DNA from: Nemertoderma westbladi
Taxonomy: Eukaryota; Animalia; Xenacoelomorpha
Assembly (NCBI GenBank): GCA_032718475.1
Contig: JAUCBJ010001211.1
Coordinates: forward strand, 1 to 63,619
Length of the DNA: 63,619 bases
Direction: 5' to 3'
Shown here: in pieces, positions 13,149 to 26,089 of the stretch
Numbering within the stretch: the first letter of the stretch is position 1
How the letters are laid out: each line of letters starts with the position of its first letter
The notes under the pieces: model-generated
Database searches by the model: none
What the model was told of the DNA's origin: nothing
What the model saw: only the letters and a program-made list of their open reading frames with translations
Program-made: the position numbers and the translations under genes

Positions 13149-13579
13149 CCAAATATGGAAACAAATACAAATACTGAAACCAAATACCAACCAAATAACT
13201 ACCAATATAAATAAAACCAAATACTGAAAAATGTGATCGATACATGAGTTAGATCCTAGCCTTTTCATACCTAGCCATGGTCATGGTCTAAGTACATTAA
13301 AAATTAAGTAAAGTAAATTTTCTTCAGCCGCTAGGCCAGGGATTATGCACAAAGTCTGAAGACATATTTCCAGTGCGGTCCCCTCAGAACTTTACTCCCC
13401 AGAGGAAACTCCAGTACTCATTTAGCTACCACTTAAGGATGCAAGGCAGAGATGCACCCTGGCTGGTCCTTTTAAAGCATTCGTGCCAAAACGAAAACTG
13501 CCCTGGCCCATGTCAGGATCGAACCCACAACCTATAGGAGATGTGAATTCAATGCGACCACTACACCAAGGTGAACCGC
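13149..13579 (-). mobile_element. tRNA-derived SINE
   Basis: Minus strand has A box TGGTGTAGTGG, B box GGTTCGATCC and a simple TTTGG/TATTT-type 3' tail. It interrupts pPolB; no TSD seen. Confidence 0.7.
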
Positions 13580-13762
13580 ACATTTGCATATTACATTCAT
13601 TTCGCTAAGTTTTCCTAATAATAACTTTTCAATGTAAGGGAGGATTTTTACTATCGATGAATGAATGTCTGGAAAATCTTCATCAGTTGGAAGATTGTAA
13701 ACATAGATTTCCAAACGGTTATCGTGTGCAGCTCGTTCGACGCTAAAAATTGATGGACCTTG

Positions 13763-15163
13763 CAGTGGCGGCGTTAGGGCCCCCCGAACCGGGAACCGGG
13801 GCCGAATCGGGGGGGGGGCCCCGAGCACGCAGGGGCCCCGAGCACGCCGGGGTCCAGAGCACGCCGGGGCCCCGAGCACATCAGGGCCCCACTTTTCTCT
13901 TTTCACTTTTCTCTATCGATACCAAAAACTCAATTTCAACAAAATGTTGGATAACACCCTTTTGCATAACACCCTCCACATGACTCCCCAGTTATCTCAG
14001 CCTAGGCTGAGAACACTCCCCAGTCGTCTCAGCCTAGGCTGAAAACACTCCCCAGGCTTATCAGCATAGGCTGAGAACACTCCCCTTAGGCTGAGATAAC
14101 CTCTAGTTGCAAAAAATTGTTTAGTTGTTTCTGACTTATACATACTCTATACATAGGATCTACTGTAAGTTCGTTTTACCATATACATATACAGGCAGCA
14201 TAATAAAGCATAATACTTTTTAGCAGTAATTTTTTAAGTCCGTTCAATTGACTTTTTTGTCCGCCAATTTTTATGAATTTTGCATAATACTTTTGTTGAC
14301 CGCAGAATGACTTTTTATGTATGCATTTCTTCAATTAAGAGAAAGGAGCAGGTTACATAGACGGTCTTTTCTAACCAAACCAATAAACGATAAAATTACC
14401 AATTGAAGGAAAGGGGCAGGTTACATAGACGGTCTTTTCTAACCAAAACAATAAACGATAAAATTACCAATTGAGGGAAAGGGGCAGGTTACAGAGGCGA
14501 GCTTTTCTAACCAAAACAATAAGCAGTTACAATACAAAATGAGAAAAAAGAGCAGGTAACATACCAATTGAGGGAAAGGAGCAGGTAATAGAGGCAGGCT
14601 ATTCTAATCAAATCAATAAACAGTTACAATACAAAATGCGAAAAAATAGCACGTAACAAAAAACGGGCTTTTCTAACTACATTATTTAATATAATTACTT
14701 AACATTGAAAAAGGCAGCATCTGGATTTAACTTAAAGATATAATTATTTGTAGGGTTTTTCGCACTTTCAAATTTGGGGAGTCATCTCAGCCTAAGGTGA
14801 GTGTTCTCAGCCTAGGCTGAGATAACTGGGGAGTGTTATCAGCCTAGGCTGAGATAACTGGGGAGTGTTATCGGCCTAGGCTGAGATAACTGGGGAGTGT
14901 TATCGGCCTAGGCTGAGACGACTGATGAGTGTTCTCAGCCTAGGCTGAGATAACTGGGGTGTTATTTCAAGAGGGAGTTATCTCAGCCTTGTACCCCCCC
15001 CCCCCCCCCCCCCCCCAACCCCCATCCCCACACACAGGGGGGGGGGGGGGGGGCATGCAGGAGCTCCTTTTTTCTTCTTCCTCGGGACCAATTTTGTTTG
15101 TTTAGAAGCCCTATTTTTTTTATTTCGGGGGGGGGGGGGCCGCAGACCCTAACGCCGGCACTG
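13763..15163. mobile_element. Non-autonomous hAT-type element
   Basis: TIR CAGTGGCGGCGTTAGGG / CCCTAACGCCGGCACTG; 8-bp TSD GGACCTTG at 13755-13762 and 15164-15171. Confidence 0.9.
13950..14992. repeat. Fold-back element nested in the hAT MITE
   Basis: Inverted arrays of ~30-bp units containing the palindrome CTCAGCCTAGGCTGAG at both ends; central ~66-bp tandem repeats at 14340-14680. Confidence 0.7.
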
Positions 15164-16254
15164 GGACCTTGTTACGATATATGGTGCTGTGTACTACTAT
15201 CAGCCCATTATACAGTATGAAATATTTAGATAAGTCATAATTATGTACAGCCGTGGTTAGATGGGGACAATAAAATATCCTAGTTTATATATTTCAGCCG
15301 TTTTTTGTATAGTATGTAGTTCGCGTACGTAATTTTGTAATAAAATCTTAATAAATAACCTTATTAGTGACAAACTTCTATAAAACCCTAATACGAACTT
15401 GCCGTTTTTTAATATTGACTGAATTGATTGTGCATTTGTGCTAATTTCCATTTATATTTCTTCCTAAGTTGGCCTCGGAGGATCCAAAGCAGGGCAATGC
15501 TGGCGGGGGGCCACCGTTGCGGTCAGGATAGTCAGTTAAGGACCGGGGACCAGCCATTGTTACAGTGTTAGGGGGCTGACTATCCAGGTTTCGTCTCAAC
15601 CTTGTAGTGTTAGGGGGCAGAACTCGGGTTTAGTTAGGAAGCCTATGTGTAGCTTTGGGTGACCTATATGCCTTACACTGACCAATTGACATACTGGTAT
15701 GCTGATATACTAAAGTGCGGGTTTTAGTGCACTAGCTGACTGATAGTTAGCGCAGTACCGTACTACTAGCTTATTGCTACGCTATTTGTGTTGTGTTGCT
15801 AAAGAGTGCCTGATTCTTAATTGTGAATGCTTAGAAAGGCGCTGTTTCCTTGATTGATTTCCATTTCTTATGTTGCCGTTATTCCCAACACCAGGGGGGA
15901 AAACGCCGATGCTGGTGGCGGAATTTCCAGACCACTGGATTCCGGCCAGTCACCGGATATTGGGAGTGGAGAAGGAGTCTTTATCTGAGATGCAAGATTG
16001 CAGTAGAGAAAAAGTCGCATTATTGGTTGGATATAATCTTTTAATGTAACTTTTCTACAGTTGAACCTTGTTCAATACTGAACCTTGATTGAGAATAATT
16101 TGGGCTTCCCCACACCAATATACCAAATATTCACAATAATACACGAACATATAAATTCCTACAGTACATTATTTAATTACCCACTGTTCGCTTTTAGATT
16201 TTAACCAAACTAATGATCCCCATTTTCCCTCGGTCCTAGTCCCGGTACCGTAGT

Positions 16255-16935
16255 GTCGGTGTCGGTCGACCCTGTTGCGTGTCCATCCCACCCTTCCCGA
16301 ACCCCGAAGGGATCGGTCATCAGGAAAGCGGTATGGCTTGGCTAAGGGTTGGTCAGGTCGGTAGACCCTGTTGCGTGTCCGTCCCACCCTTCCCGAACCC
16401 CGAAGGGATCGGTCATCAGGAAAGCGGTACGGCTTGGCTAGGGGTCTGTCGGTTCATCGCAGGGTTCCAACCACCTAAGCTTTCCGAATCCTTTTCAGGC
16501 TCGTAATCGCTTCGGTAGCCGAGAAACTGCTCCGAATAGTCGGTAGGCCAGTAGAGTCCGGTCCTTTGTCTTTCGACCCTGTTGCGTATCCGTCCCACCC
16601 TTCCTGAACCCCGAAGGGATTGGTCATCAGGAAAGCGGTACGGCTTGGCTAGGAGTCTGTCAGCCCGTTGTGAGTCCCAACTGTCGGAGCTTTCCAAGTC
16701 CCTTTCAGGCTCGTAGTAACGCCAGTCGTGGAACCCACTCCAGGAAGTCAGTCCTCGTCGAACCCTTCCTTCGTCCAGTCGATCGATCCGTCGCAAGTCC
16801 CCAGCGCAGTCCCTTTCCGAGTCCCTTTCTCGTAATCACCACTGGTGACCAGGGACCGCTAAGGATCTGTCAGTTGCCATCGCAAATCCCTGATGCAATC
16901 AGCAGGCTTTCCGAATCCTTTTCAGGCTCGTAATA
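16255..16935. repeat. Complex GC-rich direct repeats upstream of BEL gag
   Basis: Three copies of an ~80-bp GACCCTGTTGCG...GGCTTGGCTA unit (~16268, ~16364, ~16575) and three of GCTTTCC..TCC.TTTCAGGCTCGTA. Confidence 0.8.
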
Positions 16936-18926
16936 ACTGCTGTTGGCCAGGAACCACTAAGGGCAGTCATTGTCCCAAGGCCTAGCGGGTTACCAAAACT
17001 ACTTCTACAGGCAGTATGAGGTTAGCTAGGCCTAATTAGTATCAGGTAAATGTGAGTACTGCTTGATTTTACCTCCCACCCTTGGCCCTTAAATATCTGA
17101 TATGAGTCCCGTGCCCCGTAAGTCGCCCCAATATTCGCCCGTAAATCGCCCCCAGTCCGTTGAATATACCCAAATTCCATGTTCCCGCACCCAGTACTGA
17201 TATTGGAATATTCATAATAAATAAATCCGAAAAATATTTAACTCGCGTTATGAAAAACTGAAATACCGCGAACATCTTAGTTTATGCTTATTAATTGCTG
17301 ATTAGGTCAAATTAATACAGTATTTAGGCTGTTGCTAGTATAACCCAGTACGTAATAAATTAGAAGTACATATTCTGGAACATCTAGTAATTAGTACGCA
17401 AATTCGTATTTATGACTGTAATTAATTTAGCGATATTAAAATAAAATAAAGAATTTGTACGCAGCATAGCGGAGAGTAGTTTTAGGTAATTGTTTTAGAA
17501 TACCGTAGACTATTCACGCTAGGTGGTTATTTTAAAATAGCAGTGCAACAGGCTGATAGCAGTATCCAGTATACAGTAGTAAGTTTGCTGGTCTAAAACC
17601 AGCTAAAGGCCAAGTTTCAACACAATAAAGTAATAGATCTGTCCCCGTAAATTATTAAAACATTCTCACATTCGACGTGTTCTACCCAATGAATTCCAGT
17701 ATTTTGCGATAAGTGAACTCCGAGTGTTAGGCCACACTCGTTTTAAGTAGCTTATGGAGCCGATTCAGGTTTATTGTTTTGATTATTCCCGCATGGCTCA
17801 TAGATTTGAACAGTTAGCTCTCTGTTGAGCAATCAACGGAGAAAGGAGCAAGTGATTTAGCGGAGCCGTATAGTAAATAATAGTAAAACATATTAGCGGA
17901 CGGCCCGGTCAGCGCCACTTAGCGGTAAGAAGCAACTTTGTGTTTTTCCTGCTTGTGGACGCTGTATTGTTCAATAGTAAGGACCAGCTCCTGATCGCGC
18001 TTGTTTAACAGTAAGGCATATTTTATTTTTTACTGTTGCTTTGCAACAGTAAGAAATATTTTGTTCACTAATAGCAGAAGTACAGCAATTTATTTAGCCG
18101 TTAGGGTAAATTGTAAATTAGTATGTTCTTAAATTTTAGCTAGGTTTGGGAGAATTCAGTTTCGGCCAAATTTTTTATATAATAAAATTTAGAGTTTTGT
18201 ACCGGTATGTTAGATAATCGCTTAATTATTTTATACCATCTGGAGATACATGGTGAGACAAAGCTTCTGAGTTTGGGGTTTGTGTGGGCCTGTGTGTTCG
18301 GTTTGCAATCAGCGATGAGACTGAAACCTAGGATGCGGACGTGGAATCTCACAGCAAACAAGGTTAGTTGTTCTACTGGTACCATTGTATTTGTGGAAGC
18401 AGTAAAAAATTACCGGTTGTTTAACTGCGAAACTGAACTCAATTTATTAGTTAGGATAGTTAGGTATAGCCGGCCATGGTGTTTTGGATTCCTCAGTTGG
18501 AGAGAGAGAGAGTGTCGCAACCTGAAGGTGTAGCCACGTGCCAGTGGATACATATAATATTTAAAAAATAAAATTACGTTGATTTTGAGCTATATATAAG
18601 ATTAGAAATATTTTGGGTGACAAATTCACTTTTTTTTAATTTTTTGAATTAGATTCAGAAAATAATTTCGAGTCATACCGGTATTTAAATGCTGTATAAT
18701 AGCTATAGAGCAATATTTTTGTTTAAATATTATACCGGTATTTACTGTAACTATATATACAATTAAATTCACAATATTATATTGCGAATTTATATTTCGT
18801 ATCTTTGGCATTTGAGACCAAATAAGTTATTTGACAAATAATTTAATCATATTTTGATTAAATTATATATATCTCGAATTTTGCGAGAATTTAACCGGAA
18901 GGCAAACAATTATATATACTTGAACA

Positions 18927-21900
18927 ATGAGTGTCTCAGAGAAGGAGGCACTAGAGGACAGTTATGAGACGGCGGCTGGACCGCCGACTGATAACAGTGT
19001 TGACATAACTGTTGATGACAATGCCGACTATGACGATGCAGCGAGTGACACTGACATAAGTGAACAGGAGGACGAGACAGTGACCAGTGAGGAAGAGCAA
19101 GGTGAGATAATATTATTAGGATCCCCTACCGCTACTGTAAGGAAGGATTGCACAGCAGCCCGGCCAGAGGTGAGTGATAGGGAAGGTAGTTTAGCAGGAG
19201 CGAGAGCCCAGAGCCTGGATTCCAGACCTGTGGGTATGGTAAGTGGCATGGCCCAAGTGGCTGTAAGGAGTACCCGTAGTTCCCGTAATAATCCCTCAAG
19301 TCCACAGAGTGTGAGCCAGGTAAGCAAGAGAGAACTGACATCACGATAAAGAAGAAACTTCGCGCGCATGCCGGACATATAACCCAGACGACAGACAAGG
19401 TAAGGAAGATGCTAGCCGACTCCGGTAACATCGGGAGGCAAGGGTTAGTAGAACTTAGAAAGGGATATAACTCAGCGTTATTTAGGCAGACCGAGGAGCT
19501 TGCAGTCCTAGCAAAGAGAGCAGTAGAGTCTCAGTTGAGTGACGTAGCGATGAAGGTTTACGACAAGACTTTAGCAACCTTGTTGGAGCACCGTGCTTTA
19601 CCGGAGCGATTCCGACGAGTTAGGACAGAGAACTGGTTGCTATGGGCGTTGCAAGCGCAGGTGACTCAGGTAAGTGACGTGAAGTTAAGGAACTTAGTGG
19701 AGCGGGAAGAGACTCAAGACAAAGAGGAACGATGTTACCAGAGGGAAGTCACTAATTGGTTGATGCAGAGTGGAGTTGTAGTACCGGGTCAGGTGTTACC
19801 GACGACAGAGAATATCCAACAGAGGACGTTAACTCCACCCGATGACGCATCCAAAAACAGTGGAGACTCTCAGGTTAGTCACGCGCAAGGAAATGTTATA
19901 TGTGCCAGATCCCTAGTTTCTCACAACTCGGCGGAGGATAGAAGACAACAATTGGACGAACAACAGGCAGAGGTCTTGCGTGCAGCGGAGGCCAGGAAGT
20001 AGGCCGAACGAGAAAGGGAGCGCAACCGGAAGTTAGACGCAGAGCTGCGAGAGATGGAGGATATAAGTAAGCATGAGCGAGCTGAACGCGAGCGCAAGGA
20101 ACTCGAACTTCAAGCCGAATGCGAACAGAAGGAACGCGAACTTCAAGCCGAACACGAGCCCAAGGAACTCGATCGCGAACAGAAGGAATGCGAACTTCAA
20201 CTCGAATGCGAACAGAAGGAACACGAACTTCAACTCGAACGCGAGCGCAAGGAACACGAACTTGAGATCGAGAAAAGGAGACGCGCATTATACGAAGAAA
20301 AGGCGCGACTGGAAGAAGAAAGCGCAGCGAGACTCGCAAGGGAAGAAGAACAACATAAACTGGCGCAATTAGAAAGTGCGCGACTAAACTTAGAAAGCGA
20401 AGAAAGAACAAGGAAGGCGAATGAAATTGCCAAAAGGGGGATGCGAATGATCGAGGAATGTGGGGCCAATGTAGGTACTGAGTTGCGAGACCTGTTCACG
20501 CAGCAGAAGGCTGAACAAGAGGCGAGAACTCTGGTTATACGTGAGTCAACAGCGACCAGAATTCCTATACCCGGTCCAACTATTACGAGTACTCGGATCG
20601 CTAAACCATTTTCTGCATATTGCACGCCAGTTGGGATTAGTGCTTCACCGATCACGCAGGATCCGCGCCATCAGGAGGGCCCGCTGCGGCGCAATTATTA
20701 TCGCGATGAGGAGGAGTTTATAGAAGAAACTCCTAGAGGACGAATGTTGGGCGAACAAAACCCGCGAGTTTGGAATACGCGGATGGATCGCCGACCCAGT
20801 TTGACGGAGAACTTCCGGGTTAAACTGGAAGAAGGATCATATGAGAGACAGCGGATTACCCAAATAGAGCCGACAGCTCAGCGGAACCCCAGCCAGGAGT
20901 TTATTATGAGGGAGGAGTTAAGTGCCAGTCTAGCGCAAGCTATATCGCCGCACATCTAACCTATAACGAACATGCTTAGTAACTTACAGCTAAAGGAAGC
21001 AGCCCAGGTAAGAAGTAATTCTAATCCTAGCAGGCAAGAACAATGTGGAGTCCAACCTGGTCAACGAGTACTCATATCGGAGGCAACAATACCACAAAGA
21101 CCTCAGGTAAGAACGCCCGTCCCTACGATCCACAATCCTGATTTCGAACACTCAGTGGAGAGATTTATACAGGAGGCCTGGGTCAGGGCCTCGGTGCATA
21201 AACCGACGCGAGCACCGAGAACCGACACAGACTCGAGCGATGAAGAGGAAGAATTGAGGCATCAGAAGTCCCAAAACCGGAAGGAAAGAAGGACTGATGC
21301 GGAGCAGGTAAGTATGAATCCCCGGGAAAGGACCAGACTTAATAATCCTGCAGAACTAAACAACTTATTAACCCGGAATGACGCCAATCTTAGAGACATA
21401 GGTAAGTTTGCTGCTAGGCAGGGATTGCCGGCACAACAACCCCAGAAGTTTATGGGCAACCACAAACATTGGAGGACGTTTAAAACCTATGTCAACGAAC
21501 AACTAACCAACAGCAACTTTAGAAATTCAACTATCTAATACAGATGCTCCATCGAGAACCTAGAGCCATTGCTGATAACTTCGTCGGCAATGAAAGAGCG
21601 TTTGAACTAGCTATGAAGACACTTAGCGACATCTACAGGAATAAAACCAAGATGGCACAGTTAATAGTGGAAGACTTGGGAAAGGGCGGAAAATTACGAC
21701 TCCGTTGGAGCTGTTGAACTTAGCGAACGCCATCTCGAACGCATTAGACATCTTAAGGACGGTAAATCTGCCTCATCATGGTGATCATGCCGAAGTTTTA
21801 AAGAGCATAATAAGACATTTGAACATGCGTTACCGACAGAAATGGCGAAAACTAGAAAATAAATTGGAGGGTCAAGACAAGATATTGACGCTTTAACATA

Positions 21901-22446
21901 TCCATGACATGATAGCTGCAGATGCGGTAGCAGAGATGAAATCAAACTTCTCAGAGGAGAATATGAGTGAGTCTAAACCTGTTACCAGTAAGTCAATGGT
22001 AAGTTTTGACAAGGACAGAACCACTGTGACGTTTAACTCAGTAGACAAATACAATCCGAGTACTCCTGCCTTCAGACCAGACTCGCGAGTATGGTCAGGT
22101 GAGAGGTCAGATAGACCCAAGGTGAAGCAACAGGAGTTGCCAGATGGATTTGTAGGTTGGCAATTCTGCCTACTAAAGGAGGTAAGATCAGACAACCATA
22201 AGTTAGACAGTTGCAGGCGGTTCAAAGAATTAACTTTCGGAACAGAGAAGAGTTCAAGTGCGGACGTTGGACACCTGTTGGGCATGTCTTGCTCCAGGTC
22301 ACGTACGGCGCCAGTGCACGAACAGTAAGGACGGATGCATGGAGTGCGGCAGACTACACCACAAGTTGCTACATGCGGACTTCCATACCCCACAGACCGT
22401 TATCTACAGAGGAATCCCCAAAGGAAGGGAAGCAGAGATTCCGTAA
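18927..22446 (+). pseudogene. BEL/Pao gag (stops, frameshifts)
   Basis: Coiled-coil region, KFMGNHKHWRTF, triple zinc knuckle CLL..H..DSC / CWACLAPGHVRRQC / CMECGRLHHKLLH. Confidence 0.85.
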
Positions 22447-25052
22447 CGATAAGGAAAAATACGTACACCGGCATCCAAGGCGATGGGTATCAACCAGGTT
22501 CGTCGGACGAGGATGGTGAAGCAAGCGCGAGGGAGGTGACCTGCCAGGTATTTACCACTGATATCTTATCGACCAGCGTGCGGACGTATCTATCATCAGC
22601 CACATCAGAAATATTCAGTGTGATTCCGGTGAAACTTACTGGAGACAAGGGGTCGAAGAGAACATATGTGATGTTGGACACTGCGTCCACATTATCGTAT
22701 ATAGACGAGGAAGTAGCGAGAGCCATTTCCAGCTTCCGGAACGCTGAGGAGATAAAAATAGAGTTAAAATCCATGCATGGGGTAGGAGATGTTAAGGGAC
22801 ATAAGATTTCCGTAGAACTAGACTCCCTACTCCCGAGAGAAGAGCACACTCACCAAGAGCAGAGAGCTTTGCCATTGAACGGATTTAAGTGTCAAGCTAT
22901 GAAAGTGTTCGGCAGGCAGTTAGGTAAAGTGCCACCGATGAGTCCCATAGCACAGGAGTACTTTGACAAACTCAAAATACCGAGACATCAGGTAGGTTAT
23001 AGGAATGTGACTACGTTGATTGGAGCGGAACAGCTGATCGCGCACCAAATGAGAGAAACTACACCAGCTGAGCCGTACGTAAATGGGCCACACTCCCAGA
23101 GGACTATATTAGGTTGGTATACACCCGTACCCATGTCCTATAAGTTTTCAGGTGGCGACAAGCCAAAGGATAAACACGATGAATTACAACCTATAACACA
23201 ATCACCGTTAGTAGAACCACCAGACGTAGATGAGTTTAGGAGAGCCTGTATTGACCACTATAGCGACTTTAGCAAGTCAGACGAGGAGTTGATTCCCGAT
23301 AATGTTAGATTGTCGGAACCACTCTACAATGACCGGACAGATAGTGAACCCGAGGACTACTGTTATCAGACCCATGGGTCTAGTTCAGTGGCCCACGCCA
23401 CTTATTTGAGTAACGTTTTGACATATACCAATATAGTGGAAGGTCAAGTGGCTAAGTATCGAGACCTCAACATTTTCCAATTCAGTGAAGAGGAATTACA
23501 AAAGGAACTGATACGCCAGGACCTCGAGACAGGAGCTAGAACCGTCAAATGGTTGGATAAAGATGCGATAGAACCCAGTGGATATCACCTAACCATGACC
23601 ACCGACGAAAAACGATCTCTGGAAATGATGGAAGAAACCATACGCCTGTTGCCCACAGGACACTTTAAAGTTGGAATGTTGTAGCGTCGACAACCCCCTA
23701 AGTTGGAAAACAATTACAACTTGGCCCTGAAAAGATTGAACGGAGTAAGGACTCGGTTGCTAAAGAATCAAGACGTTAGGGAGAAGTATTGCGCCCAAAT
23801 CAACAACTATTTGACTAAGGGATTTGCCGGGAAGGTAGAGAACCCCGACTTAGTAACGGATCAGACTTATTACCTCCCACACCACTATGTGACTCACCCC
23901 GACAAACCAGATAAGGTCCGAGTGGTCAATGACTGCGCAGCAGTCTATAGAGGAATGTCCCTAAACTCAGAATTGATGGATGGTCCCAATCTAAACAACT
24001 ATCTAATAGGGATACTGCTACGCTTTAGACAGCGCCGATTTGCATTTACTTGCGACATGGAGGCGATGTTCCACCAGGTAAGAGCATGCAAGGTGGACCA
24101 GGATAGTCTCCGATTTCTCTGGTATGAGAATGAAGACCTGTCCGGCCCAGTGGTTACGTACCAGATGTACGTCAGGATATTCGGCGCCCGCGACAGTCCC
24201 AATGGCACGCTGTTTGTCTTAAAGAAAACGGCGACAGCCCAGATTGGTAAGTATCCAGTAGATGTAATCGAGTCCATTCTGAGGAACCTTTACATGGATG
24301 ACGGATTGGTGTCCAAGGACACAGCAGAACAAGCCATAGAAGTGGGTCTACAGGAGTGCTTGGCTACGGAAGGTTTCCCACTGACCAAGTTCACTACTAA
24401 TTCAGAGGCCTTATTAGAGTCGTTCCCAGTGAAGGATCGCGGGAGTGGAGACATAGAGTTGGGTGTAGAACCCATCCCCGTGGCACGAGTACTGGGACTT
24501 AGTTGGAATCCGAAAACGGATAAATTCCAGGTAAGAGTTAGGTTTGAGCCCAGTAGCCAAGACAGGACTTTGACCAAGAGAATCTGCTTATCGACAATGA
24601 GTAGACTATTTGACCCGATGAACTTTATCAGTCCAGTAATATTACAGGCTCGCATATGTATGAGGAAAATTTGGCTGTCCGACTTTGAGTAGGACGAGCC
24701 GATATCCCCTATACATGCAAAGCAGTGGAGAGAGTGGGAAGCCGAGTGGCATCTATTGAAAAATATAGATGTACCCCGCTCCTAGTTTCCGAATCAGCTG
24801 GTATTCCCAGCTGATCTGGAGCTGCATTTATTTAGTGACGCAAGTGACACTGGCTTTGGTATGGTAGCCTACCTTCGCCGAGAGGTAAGTCAGGATAAGT
24901 TTGAGATGGCCTTTGTGACTTCTAGATCAAAGACAATGCCGGTCAAATACATGACGGAACCTCGTGCAGAGTTACAGGCAGCCGTAGTATCGGTCGAGGT
25001 AAGTAAGCAGATAATTCTAAATAGTAAGTGGAATTCTGCCAAGAAGAATCCC

Positions 25053-26089
25053 TATGTTCAGTTTAAAATGTTTAAGGTAGTGGCAAGCCGACTTAAGGGC
25101 GTCACAATGATCCATTACAAGGGGTTGGTGGAACAGGAGTTTTATAGCCCCGAAAGACAATTAAAAGATAATTAAATTTTTATTCTATTTATTAATCTAA
25201 TATTCTATTTTTTTTTTTTTCGTGATGATTCTGTTGCTTTGATTTGCGTCTAGTTCTGGAAATTAGGGGCACATGATCAAATTTAATTTAATTTATTGTA
25301 ACGTAATTTGAAGTTTGTTCTATGTATATGTAAGCTAGCCTATATCGTAATTGGGGTCGTTTGTTTAGCATTGCCTTTAAATATACAGTATCTATGTAAT
25401 TTTTGGTGATATACGGTAGGTTCTGTTTTGTGTTTAGCCGTTAATGAGTCTGATGTCCCTTACTGCTTTGTATAATCTTAAATTGATTTATTTTAATCAT
25501 GGACTTACTTTTTCATACATTTATACAACTTCATAGTTTTTTACAATCTTTATAACTCTATGACACTTATACTACGTCCTAATCTATCTAGCACTATTTT
25601 TTCCGTGATGGTTTGTAGGGATATTTGAAGTTTTGGAGACCATTAGGAGAATGCTGTTATTTCAGATCTCTGTTTGCTTTAATTTGCATCTAGTTCTGGA
25701 AATTAGGGGCGAATGATCAATCTAATTTAATCTTATTTAATTTATTGTAATGTAATTTGATTTTGTTATTAGGTAAGCTTAGCCTATATCATAATTGGGT
25801 ACGTTTGTTTAGCATTGCCTTTAAAAAATATACTGTATCTATGTGGTAATTATTTGGAGATATACTGTAGGTCCTGTTTGTGTTTAGCCAGTCATCAGTC
25901 TGATGTCTGCTTCTGCATTGCGTACCGGTACCGGTGTTTCATACTTTTGTGTTTTGTAGTTTTACCAGTTTGTTTAAGTAATCAGGCCCTGACGATACCC
26001 CAACGGGGAGAAATATATAGGCCGTTGTTTAATTATCTTTTAATTGTCTTTCGGGGCTATAAAACTCCTGTTCCACCAACCCCTTGTAA
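25053..26089 (+). mobile_element. Non-autonomous Penelope-like insert within BEL RNase H
   Basis: 12-bp TSD AAGAAGAATCCC (25041-25052, 26090-26101). ~62-bp inverted repeat (25115-25176 vs 26028-26089), internal ~230-bp direct repeat and hammerhead motif. Confidence 0.65.
25985..26023 (+). ncRNA. Minimal type I hammerhead ribozyme motif
   Basis: GGCC-CUGACGA-UACCCC-AAC-GGGGA-GAAA-UAUAUA-GGCC: conserved core, stem II, palindromic stem III, stem I. Confidence 0.7.

Larger units (their letters stand above)
5288..13754 (-). pseudogene. Protein-primed family B DNA polymerase (pPolB) in pieces: ~13754-13580, ~13148-12616, 10046-9530, 7633-5288
   Basis: GSGW...SYIELP..KK.IINV...DCFKWA; HYVCITNLNRL; ExoI VIYFDIES; CFYC..HHNHITG..CN; AHN; KGIFPYEY; DFNSLY; KLLNNSLFGK; SDTDSL; ALSSFDDK...LPWGHY. 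Confidence 0.95.
340..15451. mobile_element. Decayed Polinton/Maverick (adintovirus-like) endogenous element, partial; termini not seen
   Basis: Co-located pPolB, adenain protease, major capsid N-terminus and core-like ORF in two convergent AT-rich gene blocks. No TIR, integrase or packaging ATPase recognised in the window. Confidence 0.9.

Noticed and set aside
13505-13579. tRNA gene
   Set aside because: A and B boxes are present but there is no convincing cloverleaf, and it continues into a body and simple tail, so it is called a SINE.
15257-15451. 64-aa minus-strand ORF as a defined Polinton gene
   Set aside because: Polinton-like composition and possibly the pPolB N-terminus, but no recognisable motif.
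15468-17400. 5' LTR and primer-binding site of the BEL element
   Set aside because: No second LTR copy in the window and no recognisable tRNA-complementary PBS, so coordinates cannot be supported.
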